A DNA stretch of 64,000 nt, taken from IMG/VR virus record IMGVR_UViG_3300032177_000008, positions 5,399 through 69,398 of that record; one strand, given 5' to 3'. Both the position numbers and the translations under genes were made by a program. Below the pieces are notes generated by a model. The model did no database searches, was not told where the DNA came from, and saw only the letters and a list, made by a program, of their open reading frames with translations. Of this stretch, positions 10,487 to 21,207 are shown piece after piece. How positions within the stretch are numbered: the stretch's first letter is position 1; every line of letters begins with the position of its first letter. This stretch comes from a virus.

Positions 10487-12237
10487 TCACACAATTACAA
10501 CTCAGTTATTTTCGTGGAGTGAAAGAGCGTACTCTTGCGTTTAATCCAGGTCAGAATCGCATTGAGGGCCCGAACGAGAGTGGGAAGTCTACAGTGGCAG
10601 AGGCTTTTGCATTTGCGCTTTATGGAGTGGATGTAGGAGGTGGGAAGAACCCTGATCACCTGATTCATCATGGCCAAGATACGACCACAGTTGCTCTTTC
10701 AACAGACAAGGCTGTTTTTGTTCGCAAGAAGAAAAGAGGCCAAACATCGACTGTAGAGCTTCAGCGTCCTGGGTTTCCAGCGATCAAGATGACTCAGACA
10801 GAGCTTACGGCTTTGCTTGGGATGGATTATGATTTAGCTGCGAGTGCGATCTTTGTGGGTTACTTTATGGGATTGACACCAGAGCGGCGGATTGCGGTGA
10901 TTAATGAGGCAGTGAAAATCGATCGGAAGGCATTGCTTACAAGTCATCTTTCTAATGTAGAGATTCCATGGAAGTTGATTAAGCTGGTTAATACTAAGGT
11001 GGATGCAGAGGCAGTGGCCAGGGAAAGACGAGCTTTGCAGAATCTCTATTCAGCTAATCAAGGAGCAATTCGGGAGTTAGATGCGGTTTTATCGAACTCG
11101 GACACAAATGTTTCTCCAGAAGAGGCAACCAAGTTAGAAGATTTGCTTATGCAACTTCAGGGGAAGGTGGATTTGTATTCTGCTTATGAAGTACAGGCGC
11201 GAGACTTTCAATATGCACACTCTTTGCATCAAACGGCAGTGACTGCTTATGAGTGGAACCTGGCTCACTTTAAGAAGCTGAATGCTGAGCTAGCAGCATT
11301 GGGGGGTGCACCTAATTATCGAGAGAAGGAATGGGAGGATAAGTTAGCTCATCTGACGAGTGAACTAAACTCAGCGAGAATGCAATACAAGCAGAAGCCT
11401 CTCGCACCTGTACTGAAAGAACACTTGTCTGATCAGAGCTGTCCGCGGTGTGGTCAGATGGTGAGCGATAAGTTGAAAGCCTCTATTTTGGCTGAGCGAG
11501 AAGCGAAGCTGATTGAGTTTAATCAACTTGAACGAGAGATTGAGGATCATAACCAGGCCGTACAAAACACGGTAGAGATGCTTGAGAGCCAAGCAAAGCG
11601 TATTGCACAAGAATCATCTGATTTAAAATCCGAGCATGCAGTTTGGATGGAAAGAACGATAAGTATTAGAAATCAACTTAAAACCCTCAATCCTATTGCT
11701 CCTAATGTAGCACCGGTAGCACCTTTATCTCCTTGGCCTATTGAGGAAGCGGAGAACAATAAAAAATACTTATTTATTACAAGTGGGAGGATTCAAGCAG
11801 CAAAGATTTTTATCGAGAAGAGCGCGTCCAATCGGGCTAAACTCGGGACTTTGGGCCAATCGTCTGCTGATCTAGCGATTCAAATTCAATCGCTTGCCGC
11901 GGTGGAAGGAGTTCTTAAGGCACTCCCAGAAGTCGAGCTCTTAGAGACAATCGAAAAGATTCAGTTACCAGGAGTGAATGTGAAGATTGAGGAAGGCCAG
12001 CTTCAGATCAGTGTTGGAGACATTCCGTATCATTCACTTTCTTCGGGGAGACGGATGAAGACGGACTTCCTGTGGTCAAGATGTATTCAATCGCTTTTGA
12101 AGACTCCTCCTGGGTTCTACTTTTGTGATAATGCAGATTTGGTGGATTCATTTAAGGGATTTCTTCCTGAGGGTAGCCAAGTCTTCCTCGCAAGTGTTAA
12201 ATCTAATTTGACGGAGTTACAGGTGGTTTCGTTATAA
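10483..12237 (+). CDS. SbcC/Rad50-like SMC ATPase
   Basis: Walker A GPNESGKST, coiled coil with CPRC zinc hook, LSSG signature, D-N-A-D Walker B region. Confidence 0.85.
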   Translation: MITQLQLSYFRGVKERTLAFNPGQNRIEGPNESGKSTVAEAFAFALYGVDVGGGKNPDHLIHHGQDTTTVALSTDKAVFVRKKKRGQTSTVELQRPGFPAIKMTQTELTALLGMDYDLAASAIFVGYFMGLTPERRIAVINEAVKIDRKALLTSHLSNVEIPWKLIKLVNTKVDAEAVARERRALQNLYSANQGAIRELDAVLSNSDTNVSPEEATKLEDLLMQLQGKVDLYSAYEVQARDFQYAHSLHQTAVTAYEWNLAHFKKLNAELAALGGAPNYREKEWEDKLAHLTSELNSARMQYKQKPLAPVLKEHLSDQSCPRCGQMVSDKLKASILAEREAKLIEFNQLEREIEDHNQAVQNTVEMLESQAKRIAQESSDLKSEHAVWMERTISIRNQLKTLNPIAPNVAPVAPLSPWPIEEAENNKKYLFITSGRIQAAKIFIEKSASNRAKLGTLGQSSADLAIQIQSLAAVEGVLKALPEVELLETIEKIQLPGVNVKIEEGQLQISVGDIPYHSLSSGRRMKTDFLWSRCIQSLLKTPPGFYFCDNADLVDSFKGFLPEGSQVFLASVKSNLTELQVVSL

Positions 12238-12241
12238 TTTT

Positions 12242-12270
12242 ACTGGGGCTGTGAAAGCAGCTCCAGTTTA
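12242..12270 (+). terminator. hairpin terminator
   Basis: actggggctg/cagctccagt followed by T. Confidence 0.6.
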
Positions 12271-12288
12271 TATAGGGGATTAGAATAA

Positions 12289-13579
12289 ATGTTTATTCAC
12301 TTTCAACTTCAAGCATGGATGGTAATTTTAGCGGTATGGCTAATTGGGTGTTTTATCGCCATAATCACCGATAAAACTACGGGTTATGGTCGCGGACTTC
12401 AAGGACTTGTTTTGTCGGGAATATGGTCTGGAATCATCATGGTTGGGACAATTATTTATTTAGTGGTGAGGGGATGATGCGACCCAAAATAAAATGGATT
12501 AAAAACGATCCGAAGAAATACAGCTATTTTCAAGAGGGTAGTGTTTTCCTTGTTGCGCTTCAAACTGGAAAGACCGGCGGACTATATGGATGGGACTTCG
12601 ATGTAGTTGAATTTGACTCTGATGAAGATGGCGCATCACTTTGGTACCGTGGAAAAGAGGCAATTTACGATTCCTGGGTTTGGAGTGACTTTGAATATTT
12701 CATGTTGCTCGAGGGAGAAATGCCTACTAGCTCTCCGAGCGAGGAGGAGGAAAGATGACTCAGCTTGAGAAGTTGGCGTATGAGTATTCAACAGCGGATG
12801 AAAAATACCGATCGTCTTATGATGGATACATCGCAGGATTCAAAGCGGCGAGGGAAGATGCGTATGACATAGTTGTTGAACATACGGGAAAATTTATAGC
12901 TGAGTTAAGATTCGTGGGCGAGGAGGATGCCAATGACTAGACTTGAAAAATTTGCCTACGAGCACGCAAAGCATAGCCACGCTTTCCCTTATACCTATAA
13001 TGGAGTGTTTGACGCCGAACGCGAAGCCTTCATCGCGGGATTTAAGAAGGCTAGGGAACTGGCACTGAGCAAGTTTGGTGATGGTAATGCCTATAGCATA
13101 TTAGACGTTTTAAACAATCTGGGCGAGGAGGATGCGGATGACTGAACAAGAAGCAAAAAGTAGGTCTGCGACGGCGCTTCTCAGTGGGTGTACTATCGGT
13201 ATCGGTACATCTTTGGTAGATGTAGTTGCTGCTGCAATTCTCCAAGCCTTTGAAGACGGAAAGAAAGCAAGAGAACTAGAGCTCTATGAAAGGTAAGTGT
13301 TAGATGAAGGTTACTGATTTAATTAAGGCACTAAAAGAAGCCAATGAATTGTTTATAAAGAAACATAAAGAACCTCTTGAGATATTCGATTTGGTGTTTA
13401 ATGAGGATGATTATGATGGAGACATGAAGATAGAGGCTTGCGGTGAAGTGGCCTATGAAGATAATATTTTTGGACAAGGCACAAAACGTGGTAGAGGACC
13501 TAAGTGTCATATCAGAGTCCATTTTATATGTGATAATGATGAAGTGATTGCTCGAAAAGTAACAATTGAAAAGGATTAG
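12289..13579 (+). other. small hypothetical genes including a paralogous pair (12755-12940, 12927-13145)
   Basis: Overlapping ORFs with RBSs; the pair shares MTxLEKxAYE...IAGFKxARE...GEEDA. Confidence 0.7.
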
Positions 13580-13580
13580 T

Positions 13581-13696
13581 TTATCTCGGCGATGTGGAAG
13601 GACACATAGCGCAAGCAGGTGATCTGGCCCTGAGTAGGTGAAATACCCGAAAGGAATAAGGTGCCTTAGTCGGTACTCAAGCCCGGCCCGAGATAA
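13581..13696 (+). ncRNA. structured tRNA-like ncRNA candidate
   Basis: Closing stem ttatctcgg/ccgagataa, atgtg..cacat D-like hairpin, gtcgg..ccggc T-like hairpin. Confidence 0.45.
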
Positions 13697-13698
13697 TG

Positions 13699-13778
13699 GT
13701 AGTGGGTGCCTAGGATGCAAGGGTTAACAGCTCCCAAAGTCCGACGCCTAGTTAATGCAGCGGTTAGCAGCCCACTAC
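13699..13778 (+). ncRNA. structured RNA candidate
   Basis: Closing stem gtagtggg/cccactac in a non-coding GC-richer island. Confidence 0.35.
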
Positions 13779-13789
13779 TTATTTAACAT

Positions 13790-13908
13790 CCCAGGGTAGC
13801 TCAGTTGGTAGAGCATTTGCTGATTAGAGAGGTACCGGTACTCTGCAGAAGGTCATGAACTTCTGTTTCAGCGGGAGGTCAGTGGTTCGAATCCACTCCC
13901 TGGGGTCA
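13790..13908 (+). tRNA. tRNA-like gene with a 50-nt structured insert in place of the anticodon loop
   Basis: Acceptor cccaggg/ccctggg, D arm tagctcagttggtagagc, T arm agtggttcgaatccact; no encoded CCA. Confidence 0.75.
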
Positions 13909-13931
13909 ATACCAATAACAAGGAAAAAATA

Positions 13932-14252
13932 ATGATTAGTTTGATTCTGTTTTTAATGGGCAGTGCCCAGGCAAGTACTATGCTCACCTCTTTTAGTGAG
14001 TCGAATGTGGTATACGATCCCGTTTCTCGCACAGTGATCCATCTACCGTACAAATCTTATTGGAGTTGTACATCACAGAGTCCAGTGATTTATTGTTCGC
14101 GCACAGAGCCTAGGTTCTGTGCAATGGAAGTAAGAACCTATTATTGCTGTGCAGATTGGTATATCCCTCTAGTGGATATTTTCTCTGAGTGGTCCTGTTA
14201 CTCAGATGAGTATATGCCTAGATTTCGTAATCCAGTGATAATCGATCAGTAA
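13932..14252 (+). CDS. secreted Cys-rich hypothetical protein
   Basis: N-terminal signal peptide ending AQA; RBS AAGGA. Confidence 0.65.
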   Translation: MISLILFLMGSAQASTMLTSFSESNVVYDPVSRTVIHLPYKSYWSCTSQSPVIYCSRTEPRFCAMEVRTYYCCADWYIPLVDIFSEWSCYSDEYMPRFRNPVIIDQ

Positions 14253-14285
14253 ATTTCATATATAATTATATATGAAAAAATAAGT

Positions 14286-14861
14286 CTAAAACTCAGGGAG
14301 TGCTTCTACGGAGGCACTCCCATTTCCTCTTAAGTACCAAAGCACGTTCATGGGGCTGTCGAATAGCACTCCTGCGTTAGAATGCCTAGACAGAATCTCA
14401 TTCTTAGTCCACTTCGATCGGTGGATTTCATAGTCGTTCCCGCCCCAGGCTCCCTGTTCTAAATTAGAATAGGAGAAGAACAGGTGCTTACAGTGCGCTA
14501 CCATCCAATCAAGTGCCCCCAGGGCTTGAGGCTTCTCTAGGTGTTCCAAGACTTCTACAATAAACCCGAGGTCATAATATTGGGTATCCTTCTTTAAAAG
14601 GGCGCAAGCTTCGCCGATCTCCACAGAATTGTAATGATCCCAGAATGGATTACGATATTTTAGAAAACCCTCAATCCCGCGGATCTTGAGCTTCCAGTCT
14701 TTTTGCTCAATACGCTGCCGGTAAAGATCTGTATGAAAGCGGGTGAGCGCCCCCCACTGGCCATAGCCAATCCCCACATCAAGCACAGTCGTGAGTTCAG
14801 GCTCGATCTCATAGAGCTTCTTTAGAACAGGTGGGATGTATTCATAGCAAGAAAATGGCAT
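14286..14861 (-). CDS. class I SAM-dependent methyltransferase
   Basis: VLDVGIGYG motif I; EVLEHL. Confidence 0.85.
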   Translation of the reverse strand: MPFSCYEYIPPVLKKLYEIEPELTTVLDVGIGYGQWGALTRFHTDLYRQRIEQKDWKLKIRGIEGFLKYRNPFWDHYNSVEIGEACALLKKDTQYYDLGFIVEVLEHLEKPQALGALDWMVAHCKHLFFSYSNLEQGAWGGNDYEIHRSKWTKNEILSRHSNAGVLFDSPMNVLWYLRGNGSASVEALPEF

Positions 14862-14915
14862 AAAAGTATCTTACCCTACTAGCGTAATTTTTGCCTAGCT
14901 GGTAATCTAAAGACT

Positions 14916-15149
14916 ATGAAAACCGAAGAAGAAAAATTCTTGACCGGTCAAATAAAATGCTCAGGGGTGAACTGTACTGCGAAAGGATACTTTCGATATG
15001 GAGTTTGTCGCAAATGTCGTCCAGCGTGCACTCAGTGTCATAACAAGATGGCTTCGCCTCCTTGGAAAACCATCTGTAAAATCTGTAAGCGAGCCGCCAA
15101 AAGAGCAGGTACTTATGGTGTCGACGACCCCGACACCATCAACGGTTAA
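14916..15149 (+). CDS. Cys-rich zinc-finger-like protein
   Basis: Four Cys pairs; overlaps the 5' part of the endolysin ORF. Confidence 0.5.
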   Translation: MKTEEEKFLTGQIKCSGVNCTAKGYFRYGVCRKCRPACTQCHNKMASPPWKTICKICKRAAKRAGTYGVDDPDTING

Positions 15150-15648
15150 ACGTTTTAGTATTCCAACTCCAATGGATGAAGAACAAAAGCTAAGCCTTCT
15201 CTACCCTCCATTCGCGGAAGAGGTTAGAGGTTTTCTAGAAGCAGCTCGTAAACAATATTTAACGGTGGGTATTTTTTGTGGCCTTCGCACATTTGAAGAA
15301 CAAGATCGTCTATTTGCTCAAGGAAGAACTGCCCCTGGTGGTATTGTTACTAAAGCTCGTGCTGGTCATAGCTATCATAATTATGGTCTCGCTGTGGATA
15401 TATGTTTCGATAGTCACCCTACCGAGTCCGGGTGGCAGTGGTCATGGGATCCTCGATTTTCTTGGAACCGTCTTGCTCTTTTAGGTCAGAGTAGGGGATT
15501 AGAGTCAGCCTACTTTTGGGCACAGTTTCCAGAAAGTCCACATTTTCAGAAGACTTATGGATTTTCAACGCAGAAGTATTTAAGTCTTTATGTAGTAGGC
15601 GGTCTCCCAGCGGTTTGGAAGGAGGTCGACAATATTCGGAAAAATTAA
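14998..15648 (+). CDS. M15-family L-Ala-D-Glu peptidase (endolysin); start uncertain
   Basis: GLRTFEEQDRLFAQGRT..G.IVTKA..G.SYHNYGLAVD...ESPHFQ. Confidence 0.9.
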   Translation: MEFVANVVQRALSVITRWLRLLGKPSVKSVSEPPKEQVLMVSTTPTPSTVKRFSIPTPMDEEQKLSLLYPPFAEEVRGFLEAARKQYLTVGIFCGLRTFEEQDRLFAQGRTAPGGIVTKARAGHSYHNYGLAVDICFDSHPTESGWQWSWDPRFSWNRLALLGQSRGLESAYFWAQFPESPHFQKTYGFSTQKYLSLYVVGGLPAVWKEVDNIRKN

Positions 15649-15970
15649 AAAACATGAAAATAAAACGACCAGTATTATTATTGCGACCTGTATTTACCTA
15701 CTTAAACCCTTGTGGTCCATGTCCGTCGACTCGGGGGAGTGACCCAGAATCAGAAGACATTCTTTCTTGGCCGGATGGCTCAGAGGGGAAAAACGACTTT
15801 AGTTGTGCTTGGCGTAAAAAAGGATTTTGCGTAGGTTGGGCGAAGAAACTAGGAACTTGTGAAAGGAAATATGACTGAGAATAGCTGTCTTAAGTGTGGG
15901 GGAGATGGGTATTACAAATGCATGGTCTTGCTGAGGACTCAGCCATGCCTAGAATGCAAAAAGGAGACAC

Positions 15971-16547
15971 ATGATGCAGAACGACTTGTTCGAGGGGCCG
16001 GTGGGGGCGAGGATCCAAAACTTACGCCACCAGAAGACATTTTTTGAAAAAGAACTCAGACGAATCAAGGCAGAACTCAACGATACAATTCGTGAGGGGA
16101 CGAGCGTTGCGATTAATGAGAGCCGCACCCTTTTCCTTTGCCAGCTCCCAAGCGGAAGACACTATATCTACCAGGCCGATATTCAAGGATCTAAACACGT
16201 TAATCCATTATTTGAATTTCTAGCTGTTGATCTAAATCAGTTAGAAGAAGCGGTTCGAGTTCTTAAGGAGACACACTATGAAAAACCCCACGGAGCTTTC
16301 CCCTGAGCAAGAACCTATTCTTGCGGTGATTGCAGCCAACCTTAAAAAGCATTTCCCTTCAGACGGGAACCCCATCAAACAAATCATGGATATTCAGGAT
16401 GCGAGTACGCATCTCCTGGCCCAGCAGATCGCAGTTTGTACTGCATTGGGTAAAAATCGGGAAGATTATCTTAAAAATAGGTTAGAGCTATTAGTGGTAC
16501 TTGTAAGAAAATATGAAGATTTGATTAATAAAAGGAAAGAGCAATGA
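15971..16547 (+). other. two hypothetical genes (15971-16306, 16278-16547)
   Basis: ORFs with GGAG RBS. Confidence 0.7.
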
Positions 16548-17533
16548 AACAGCTTGTTAAGGATTTGAAAGAAGGAGATGTCGTTGAGAGTGATTTTAGA
16601 ATCATGGATCTTCAAGTTGCCGTGACGAAGCACGGCAAGAACTACCACCGATTTAAGGTGGCTGACAAATCTGGAGAACTCCCCGCTGTCTTTTGGGATG
16701 CCGATGCGAGAGACTACTCTTACAAGGCAGGACAAATATGCCTTGTGGCTGGGGATGTCAGCAACTACCAGGGTAAGAGCCAACTGACGGTGAGATGGGT
16801 CGCAGAGCGTAAGTCTAAGGAAGATAGTGACTTTGATAAATGCACGACTTACGACGTCGAAAAGATGTGGGACCAGATTGTTGGATACATTGGACAGATT
16901 AAGAATAAGTTTGTCCGAGAAGTAGCAGAAGACTTGTTTCTCAATCGCGGTTATCAGAATGCTTTCATGTCTGTCCCCGCGGCGACAGGAATGCACCATG
17001 CCTTCAAAGGAGGTCTGCTCGAGCACACGCTTCAGATGTGTGAGTGTGCGGAGGCCCTGTTGGAGTTGGAGTTCTTTCACCCTCTTAATCGGGATCTTTG
17101 CTTATTCGGCATCCTTTTCCACGATTACGGAAAGTTGTTTGAATATAGCAGTGACCCCGGCTTTCCAAAAACACTCCAAGGGATCTTGGTACCTCATATC
17201 CCCATGGTAGCAGCTCTGATCCATGGGTCTTGTGCGGAGCGGGAGGTGCCTGAAATTGTCCGTGACCATCTCATGCATGTGGTTCTAGCTCACCATGGTA
17301 GGATGGAGTGGGGATCCCCTGTGACGATGGCTTGCCCAGAAGCGGCTTTCGTTCACTATGTAGATAACCTTCATGGGACAGTTTTTGGGTATCTTCAGAA
17401 GATTCAAGCGAACCCTGGAAAGGATATTGTCGATCATTGGAATAATGGAAAAATTTACTTGGCTGGAAAATCATTCAGTGCAATCTTAAAAGAAGTGGAG
17501 GCTAATGCGTTACACGAAGGCGGGGGATTCTGA
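16544..17533 (+). CDS. YhaM/Cbf1-like OB-fold + HD-domain 3'-5' exonuclease
   Basis: DKSGE..AVFW OB fold; PAATGMHHAFKGGLLEHT; FHDYGK; HVVLAHHGRMEWGSP. Confidence 0.9.
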   Translation: MKQLVKDLKEGDVVESDFRIMDLQVAVTKHGKNYHRFKVADKSGELPAVFWDADARDYSYKAGQICLVAGDVSNYQGKSQLTVRWVAERKSKEDSDFDKCTTYDVEKMWDQIVGYIGQIKNKFVREVAEDLFLNRGYQNAFMSVPAATGMHHAFKGGLLEHTLQMCECAEALLELEFFHPLNRDLCLFGILFHDYGKLFEYSSDPGFPKTLQGILVPHIPMVAALIHGSCAEREVPEIVRDHLMHVVLAHHGRMEWGSPVTMACPEAAFVHYVDNLHGTVFGYLQKIQANPGKDIVDHWNNGKIYLAGKSFSAILKEVEANALHEGGGF

Positions 17534-17587
17534 AAATAGACCGGGACTGGTGGTATTTTACTTTGATTATTATCGCGCTAAGCTTTT

Positions 17588-19986
17588 GTGCTTGGAACGC
17601 GATCACAAGCGTTTCTGAGAGTGGGGGAGAGAATGGCACAAGAACTAGTGATGAATTATCTCGCATTAAAAAAACTACAGGGAAAGAAACTTTTGTGGGT
17701 GGGCACTGATGAAGAGACGGAACAGTTGCTTGTACTTTTTGAAGGGATGACTGTAATCGTAATGCCTGATGAGTTGGTTATTGTGAGTGATGGGGCCGAG
17801 TTTTGTAAAAAATATCTAGAAGCGCAGCAAACAAAAACTGAAATGCTTGTATCTTTGACTGAATTAATGAAGGAAAAACCAAATGACGGACCAAAAGCCC
17901 CCCAACAAAGTCTTAAAACTGGCGGACCGCTCCCTGTCAACCCCGCTTCCCAACAAGCTAATCATCCGAGAGTTGGAGATCTTATTGAAGCTAGCCAATA
18001 AGGGGACTATTCAATCGCTGGTAGCTTCGTACATCCATGAAGAAGACGGGCCTGCGAGTATTTCAATCCTCTGTGCGAGTGACCCAACCGAGCATCTTGT
18101 TTTTGTTGGGATACTTGAGGCGGAGAAGCAATCTTTGTTACAAGCTATTGGGCGAGCTGCTTGCTCACATGGAGATGAGGATCCTGTATGAGTTTAGACA
18201 AGACTAAAGCAGCGATTAAGAGCTTTCTGGGGCGGGATGTGGGAATAGAGAAAACCCGTTTTGGAAAGTTTATCTGTAAATTTGTAGACTATGATAACCC
18301 ACATCCTGCTAACTTAGTAGGTGAGACAGAAGAGCTTGCATACCAAAACCTCCTGACATACCTTCAGGAGCGAGCGGGTAAAGGAACTATTTCGCCGCCT
18401 CAATCTTAGGAGATTTATTATGACTACTGACACTGTGGAGCTAACACTTAAGCTCCCACCAAAAACCGTACGAAAATTGAGAATGCTTGCCATGGGCACT
18501 GGGAAAACGGTTCAGGAGCTTGAGTCGGAGCTATCAACCGTTTTTGATGAGATGCTATCAGAGAACTTGCATGCTCTTCTTCATGATTTGGATGGGGTTG
18601 CTGCTCCTACACCACCCGTTATGGTGGTGAGTAGAGTTATCGCTCCATCTTCACCTCCTTTACAAGAAGAGGAGATTAATGAAGACGAAAACTCTCACAT
18701 GCTATCCGGTGATGCTGATGAGGGGGATGTTAAATCAACTGCTGAAAGGATGGAGGAAGGGTCTTTTTCTGGGGAACCTCCCGTACCTGGAATTAATCCA
18801 TTCGAGCTCCCGAGTAATATTCCGAATGCGGAAGGAAACATTGAAGCATTTATCGATGCAGCGATGTCGTCTAGTAAACCCTCGCCGCAATCAAATGGGC
18901 GTTACACTTCTTCTAAAAAGTCATTTGACCCAAGACACCCCAGAGTAAAAATCAGTGAACACACAGGAGATGAAGATGGGGAGATGTCCCAACTTTTCAT
19001 TTAATCATGGCTGATTTGGAAAAAGAACGGCAACGCCTGGAGCACGCGGTGCAGGAACTTTTTGGAGCAACTGATGAGGAAGCTAAACAAAAAGATGTGC
19101 AACACGCAATCCAAGCAACCGCTAGGATTATTCAGAAGTTTAGATTTGATAAACGAGAACGAGAGGAAGCCCGAGTCCGCACCAAGATTTTAAAGCAGGT
19201 AGGTATCGCGGTCATTGAGCCTAAAAAAATATGAAGTGTGCACGTTGCCAAGGAGAGCTTGAGCCAATCGTTCGGATGCGAGAACCTATGTTTTTGTTTT
19301 GCCGTCCTTGTAAACTTCCCTATCACGAGAAGGGTGGCTTGGCGGTGGATACAAGATCATTAAGTACGAGTTTCAATCCACTCAAAATTGCGAGGGGAGT
19401 GGTGGGGAAAACGAATCCAGAGGTATCTTCTGTTGCTCGAAGTGCACTTGAGGTACTACTTATTCAGGGTCTTCAAGAAGCTTATTTCTCTGGGTTAAAG
19501 GATGGAGTGCTTCTCGCGTACTCGCAAGATGTCGGTAATAGTGAGCCACTTAAAAAACCAATGGGAGAATAATATGGAAAAACTAGGTGTACAAAAGCAA
19601 GATTTATTAGAAGGACTTCGTAAGGAATATCAATATCTTAAAGAAAAAGAAGCCACTCTTGTGAAGACGGGAGCTCCTACTGATACTCGGCTTCTATGTC
19701 AACTTGAGACAATTAAAGCCAGGATAGATGAATTGGAGACGCAGACATGAAGGTGACTATTACGTCAGCTTTGAATGGGTACATTCTCGCCTCGGACGAC
19801 ACGAGCACAGAACCTGAAGTATTTGCAGAGAGTTCTATTTGCGGGGATGAGAACGATGAACTCAAGACTGTAAGACAACTTCTTTATGGGGTGATGGAAC
19901 TTCTTGGGAAGTCGCCGAGCAGAAAAAGAGTCCATCTTCGCATCGACATGTATGATGGAGAAGGCAGTTTTATGGAAGAGGTCTAA
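17588..19986 (+). other. run of 8 hypothetical genes; 18420-19004 has an N-terminal ribbon-helix-helix-like segment and an acidic tail
   Basis: Contiguous overlapping ORFs with RBSs. Confidence 0.7.
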
Positions 19987-20027
19987 ACGCATTTATTTCA
20001 GGTATAAGATTTTTAAGGAGATCTATT

Positions 20028-21149
20028 ATGATTATTGGACTGACTGACAAGCCTGTGATTCGCCGTGATGGGAAGATTAGGGCAGGTATTAAAAATGACA
20101 AAGATTACCCAGTAAATACACCTTACTTCGTACTTCATGACGCAGCACAACTGATTCCAGTTTTAGGGGAAAAGCCCACCGAGATTTACTTCACCGTTTA
20201 CTTCGATGATATTAACGCAGTCGCGCCTACTGATCTGCGCTGGTATACGAAGAGTGAGCTCGTATGCATGGGGAATGCCGAGACCGCGGCTTATTTCGGG
20301 ATGGGGGATCTTGCGGGCCTAAGACAGAAGAACGCGGAGCTCCGGACTAGGAACCCAGATGGAGCTTATACCTCAGTCACTATTCCTAGGAGTCGTGAAA
20401 GGATTTGTGCGTATAAGACTTGTAACGACTATATCGCAGGGAAGTGCAGTGAGCACCTTCTCCTAGATATGGTGATTCCTCATCACTCGATGTGTTCCTT
20501 GTTTACCCTGGAGTCCACTTCTATTTATGCTCTGATGAACATCATTAGTGCTTTTCAGAAGACACAAACAGGCCGCGGAGGAAAGATTAGTGGTGAGATC
20601 TTCCGTCTTTATAAAGACAAGATGGAACTCTCGTTTGAAGGGAAGGATGGCAAGAAGAGCAAATCTGAAAAGGATGTGATCTTCATGTCTCATGTTCCTT
20701 TTGATAAGTACGCTGGGATGTATAAAGACAAGTGTAGTGTAGAGGATTGGCAAGCTCTGATGGCACTTCGTTCGAGTGGAACTCGAGTTCATATGCCTCA
20801 TTTGGCTGGTCCAGATGAGGCACTTGCTTTGGCTGGTGGGGTTTCTCATGCTGCATCATTGCCTGCACCTGATGTTAACGATGATGAAGAAATCAAAAAG
20901 ATTGCAAATCATGTTGCAGTGATGCCTCTTTTTGATGAGATCGCTCAATTGCTAGGAAAGGAAAATACTGAGTCTGCCCGGGTTGCTACAGCCAGGAATA
21001 GCCCTGGAGTAGACCGATTAATGAGCTATCTCAAAGTAAAAATCACGGAGCTCAAGAAGAAGAAAGCTACCGTTGAGGAGACTGCACCACAAATGGTGGC
21101 GCCTGCGGCTCATACGCAGACCCAACCCTCTGTAGGCGGATTACTATAA
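20028..21149 (+). CDS. Gp3-like / recombination-directionality-factor-like phage protein
   Basis: IIGLT...GKIRAGIK...YP..T.YF and LVCMGN motifs; replication context. Confidence 0.6.
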   Translation: MIIGLTDKPVIRRDGKIRAGIKNDKDYPVNTPYFVLHDAAQLIPVLGEKPTEIYFTVYFDDINAVAPTDLRWYTKSELVCMGNAETAAYFGMGDLAGLRQKNAELRTRNPDGAYTSVTIPRSRERICAYKTCNDYIAGKCSEHLLLDMVIPHHSMCSLFTLESTSIYALMNIISAFQKTQTGRGGKISGEIFRLYKDKMELSFEGKDGKKSKSEKDVIFMSHVPFDKYAGMYKDKCSVEDWQALMALRSSGTRVHMPHLAGPDEALALAGGVSHAASLPAPDVNDDEEIKKIANHVAVMPLFDEIAQLLGKENTESARVATARNSPGVDRLMSYLKVKITELKKKKATVEETAPQMVAPAAHTQTQPSVGGLL

Positions 21150-21154
21150 TTAGG

Positions 21155-21186
21155 ATGAGGGGGCTAAATGCCCTCTCATTTTTTTA
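21155..21186 (+). terminator. intrinsic terminator
   Basis: atgagggggc/gccctctcat followed by T-run. Confidence 0.75.
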
Positions 21187-21207
21187 GAAGCTAAATAGGA
21201 GCAAAAG

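Noticed and set aside
16466-17080. 204-aa antisense ORF and similar shadow ORFs (e.g. 23179-23640, 56894-57376, 63415-63891)
   Set aside because: They overlap well-supported genes and show no motifs or RBS
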